The position numbers were made by a program, and so were the translations under genes. Shown piece by piece: positions 61,591 to 64,000 of a stretch of DNA of 64,000 nucleotides (position 1 is its first letter; each line of letters starts with the position of its first letter). The notes beneath the pieces are model-generated. The model did not search any database, was not told the DNA's origin, and was given only the letters and a program-made list of their open reading frames with translations. Source of the DNA: Felis catus (taxonomy: Eukaryota); contig NC_058368.1 in assembly GCF_018350175.1 (NCBI RefSeq), positions 77,812,001-77,876,000 of the forward strand, written 5' to 3'.

Positions 61591-61669
61591 AAACTCACAA
61601 TACAGAAACCCCCATATGTAGTGTGTGGGGGTTGGGGAAGAAAGGAAGGAAGTGAAGACGATTTAAAAT

Positions 61670-61890
61670 ACCGTGACTATAGTTGTAATAATATGTTATA
61701 TACTTGAAATTTGCTAGGAGAATAAATCTTAAGTGTTCCTACCACACACAGAGAAAGGTAACTACATCAGGTGATGGATGTGTCCGTCAGCTTGACTGTG
61801 GTACTCATTTCACAATTTGTACCTATATCAAAATACCACATATCAGGCATTTAGTTAAGGTTGCTGGTCAACTGATTTTAAATAATTAAA
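61670..61890 (+). mobile_element. L1 3' UTR fragment (L1MA8/9-like)
   Basis: gtgactatagtt...atacttgaaatttgcta...aggtaacta...ggtgatggatgtgt...cagcttgactgtggt...atttcacaat. Confidence 0.8.
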
Positions 61891-62333
61891 TAATTTTCTA
61901 GAAATTTTCTACTGTACTTTTTTTTTTTCAAATTTCTTGCCATGGCTATTTTTGATAACTTCCTGGGAACTTTTAAATAACTGTAGAATTTGTCCTAATG
62001 CTCCATTTTTTTCTTCCTCATATTGACAATCCTAGACCTGGCTGGATTGGCCAAGCATCTGTCAATTTTATTAATCTATTCAAAGAACCTATTTGGATAA
62101 ACTTTGTCTATATAGAGTCAATCACTCAACATTTATATTCAATTTAATTAATGTCAATTCATATTTATCATTGTCTACCTAGGTTCTTTGAATGCGATGT
62201 GCTCATGTTTCTCTGACTTCTGAGATGGTTACGGTTCACTGACTTTTCACTTTTCTTTTTTAGTAATGTACCTGTGGATAAAAATGTCCTTCCAAGTACA
62301 GGTTTGACAACATTGGGCAACTTTTGATATATC

Positions 62334-62555
62334 TTTTCTTTTTTAAGATTTTTTAACATTTTATTTTATTTTTTGAGAGACAGAGAGAGACAGAGCGTGA
62401 GCAGGGGAAGGGTAGAGAGAGAGGGAGATACAGAATCCAGAGCAGGCTCCCCACTGTCAACACAGAGCCCGATGCGGGGCTCGAATTCATGAACCACGAG
62501 ATCACGACCTGAGTCGAAGTTCGACATTTAACCGACTGAGCCACCCAGGCGCTCC
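62334..62555 (-). mobile_element. Can-SINE, full length
   Basis: TSD tgatatatc (62325-62333 / 62556-62564). Confidence 0.95.
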
Positions 62556-62889
62556 TGATATATCAAAGATATGAATCCTTTGCATGTGGTTAAGACTGAC
62601 TTTATTTTTGTACTTAGCCTATGGTTAATTTTTGTATGTGCTTCAGATGAACTTAGGAAATGAGGTCAAGTTTGCTAATCATGCTGTTCAAATCCCCAAC
62701 TCCTAATTTTTTTTCTGCTTGTTCTAACATTTTCTGAGGGAGGTAAGTTAAAGTTTTCTTCTAAGGTTGTGAAGTTGGCTGTTTTCCATTTTACTTGTAT
62801 TATTATTTATTTTGAAGCTAGAATATTAGTTACCTCCATATTGTTACATCTTTCCATGAAATAATTTTTCGGTAGGAAATGCTATTATT

Positions 62890-63117
62890 GGGGCGCCTGG
62901 GTGGCGCAGTCGGTTAAGCGTCCGACTTCAGCCAGGTCACGATCTCGCGGTCCGTGAGTTCGAGCCCCGCGTCAGGCTCTGGGCTGATGGCTCGGAGCCT
63001 GGAGCCTGTTTCTGATTCTGTGTCTCCCTCTCTCTCTGCCCCTCGCCCGTTCATGCTCTGTCTCTCTCTGTCCCAAAAAATAAATAAACGTTGAAAAAAA
63101 AATTAAAAAAAAAAAAA
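62890..63117 (+). mobile_element. Young felid Can-SINE (SINEC_Fc-like)
   Basis: Perfect TSD aggaaatgctattatt (62874-62889 / 63118-63133); CpGs intact; long A tail. Confidence 0.97.
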
Positions 63118-64000
63118 AGGAAATGCTATTATTTATTATTTATACAGTCTACTTTGATTTCTGTTAGTATAACTAAGCCAGTTTTCTGTTTAGTCTTATA
63201 ATAGTTCTTTTCCCACTTCTTTACTTTCAATTGTTACCTTTAAGGTGTATCTGTCTGGATGTCATACAGTCATATATTGTATCTAATTCAATATTGTCAA
63301 GTGGAATATTTTGACTATATACGTTTTGCTGATTTTAATTGGTTTACTGATATGTTTGGGTTGATGTCTATCATATTACTATTTATAACCTATTTGACCT
63401 ATCCATTTAGTACTATTCCTGTTTTTGTTTTCTTGCCTTCATTTGACAAGGGACAGCTTTTTCCTCTTTTGCAGGCTCTGAACTCTAGCTTCTCTGTCCT
63501 TAGCATCATGAAAATGCTAGAGGAAAAAAAAAATCTTTACTTTTCAGCTATTTTAAGCGTGGCTTCTTAGACTCTTGCCCTGGGTGGCTAAATCAGCAAA
63601 TAACTCAAAAAGAGTGAGTGTTGGGCTCATTTCTTTGTGCCTCTCTTTTCCCTAGGTTCCTTGTTCCTGGGTCTCAAGACAAGGTTCAACTCCAAGTTTT
63701 CTCTTTCAAGCTCCAAGGCGCTGCAGAGAGCCCAGGTGCTTTCTCTGCCTCTCGTCAGCTGCTCTCGCTTGGCCTGAGTGCCTGGTCTGCTGTCCCCACA
63801 TCAGCAGTCGCCAGGCGCCACTATGGGAACAGGGACACAGCACAGTGAGTCTGGCTCATGCCGGTGTCCCTTCTTGCTTGGGCCATGGTCCTTTCAGTTC
63901 TGACTGCTTCGGGAGCAAATACCCTCAAACATTTTTTTTTTTTTTTTACCAATTTTGTATGACTATTCTAGTTCTCAGAAGGAGCACTGTCACTACAGAC

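Larger units (their letters stand above)
61900..63450 (-). mobile_element. Highly degraded old L1 body, interrupted by two SINEs
   Basis: T-rich strand with tgtcaattttattaatctattcaaagaacc and gtgtatctgtc motifs typical of antisense L1 ORF2. Confidence 0.5.

Overview
Eukaryotic, AT-rich, repeat-dense mammalian DNA, most likely from a felid. The evidence is 32 tRNA-derived Can-SINE copies, several of the young felid SINEC_Fc type with perfect target-site duplications (TSDs), plus carnivore-type L1 3' ends. The window also holds solo LTRs (MLT1, MLT2, MER34-like), old L1/L2/MIR/MER5 relics, microsatellites and a 35-bp minisatellite. I recognise no protein-coding gene, RNA gene, CRISPR array or prokaryotic feature; the listed ORFs derive from repeats or match nothing I recognise. 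The region looks intronic or intergenic, and I found no evidence of a new biological system. The best observations are a paired FOX:ETS/GATA enhancer-like module (~2.6-3.1 kb), a rearranged nested SINE (60.2-60.65 kb), a probable short L1 3' transduction (54.1 kb), a CpG-enriched old L1 (30.2-30.7 kb), recurrent head-to-head inverted SINE pairs and a few unvalidated exon-like segments. Repeat family names come from recalled consensus sequences, not a database search, and boundaries of old repeats are approximate.
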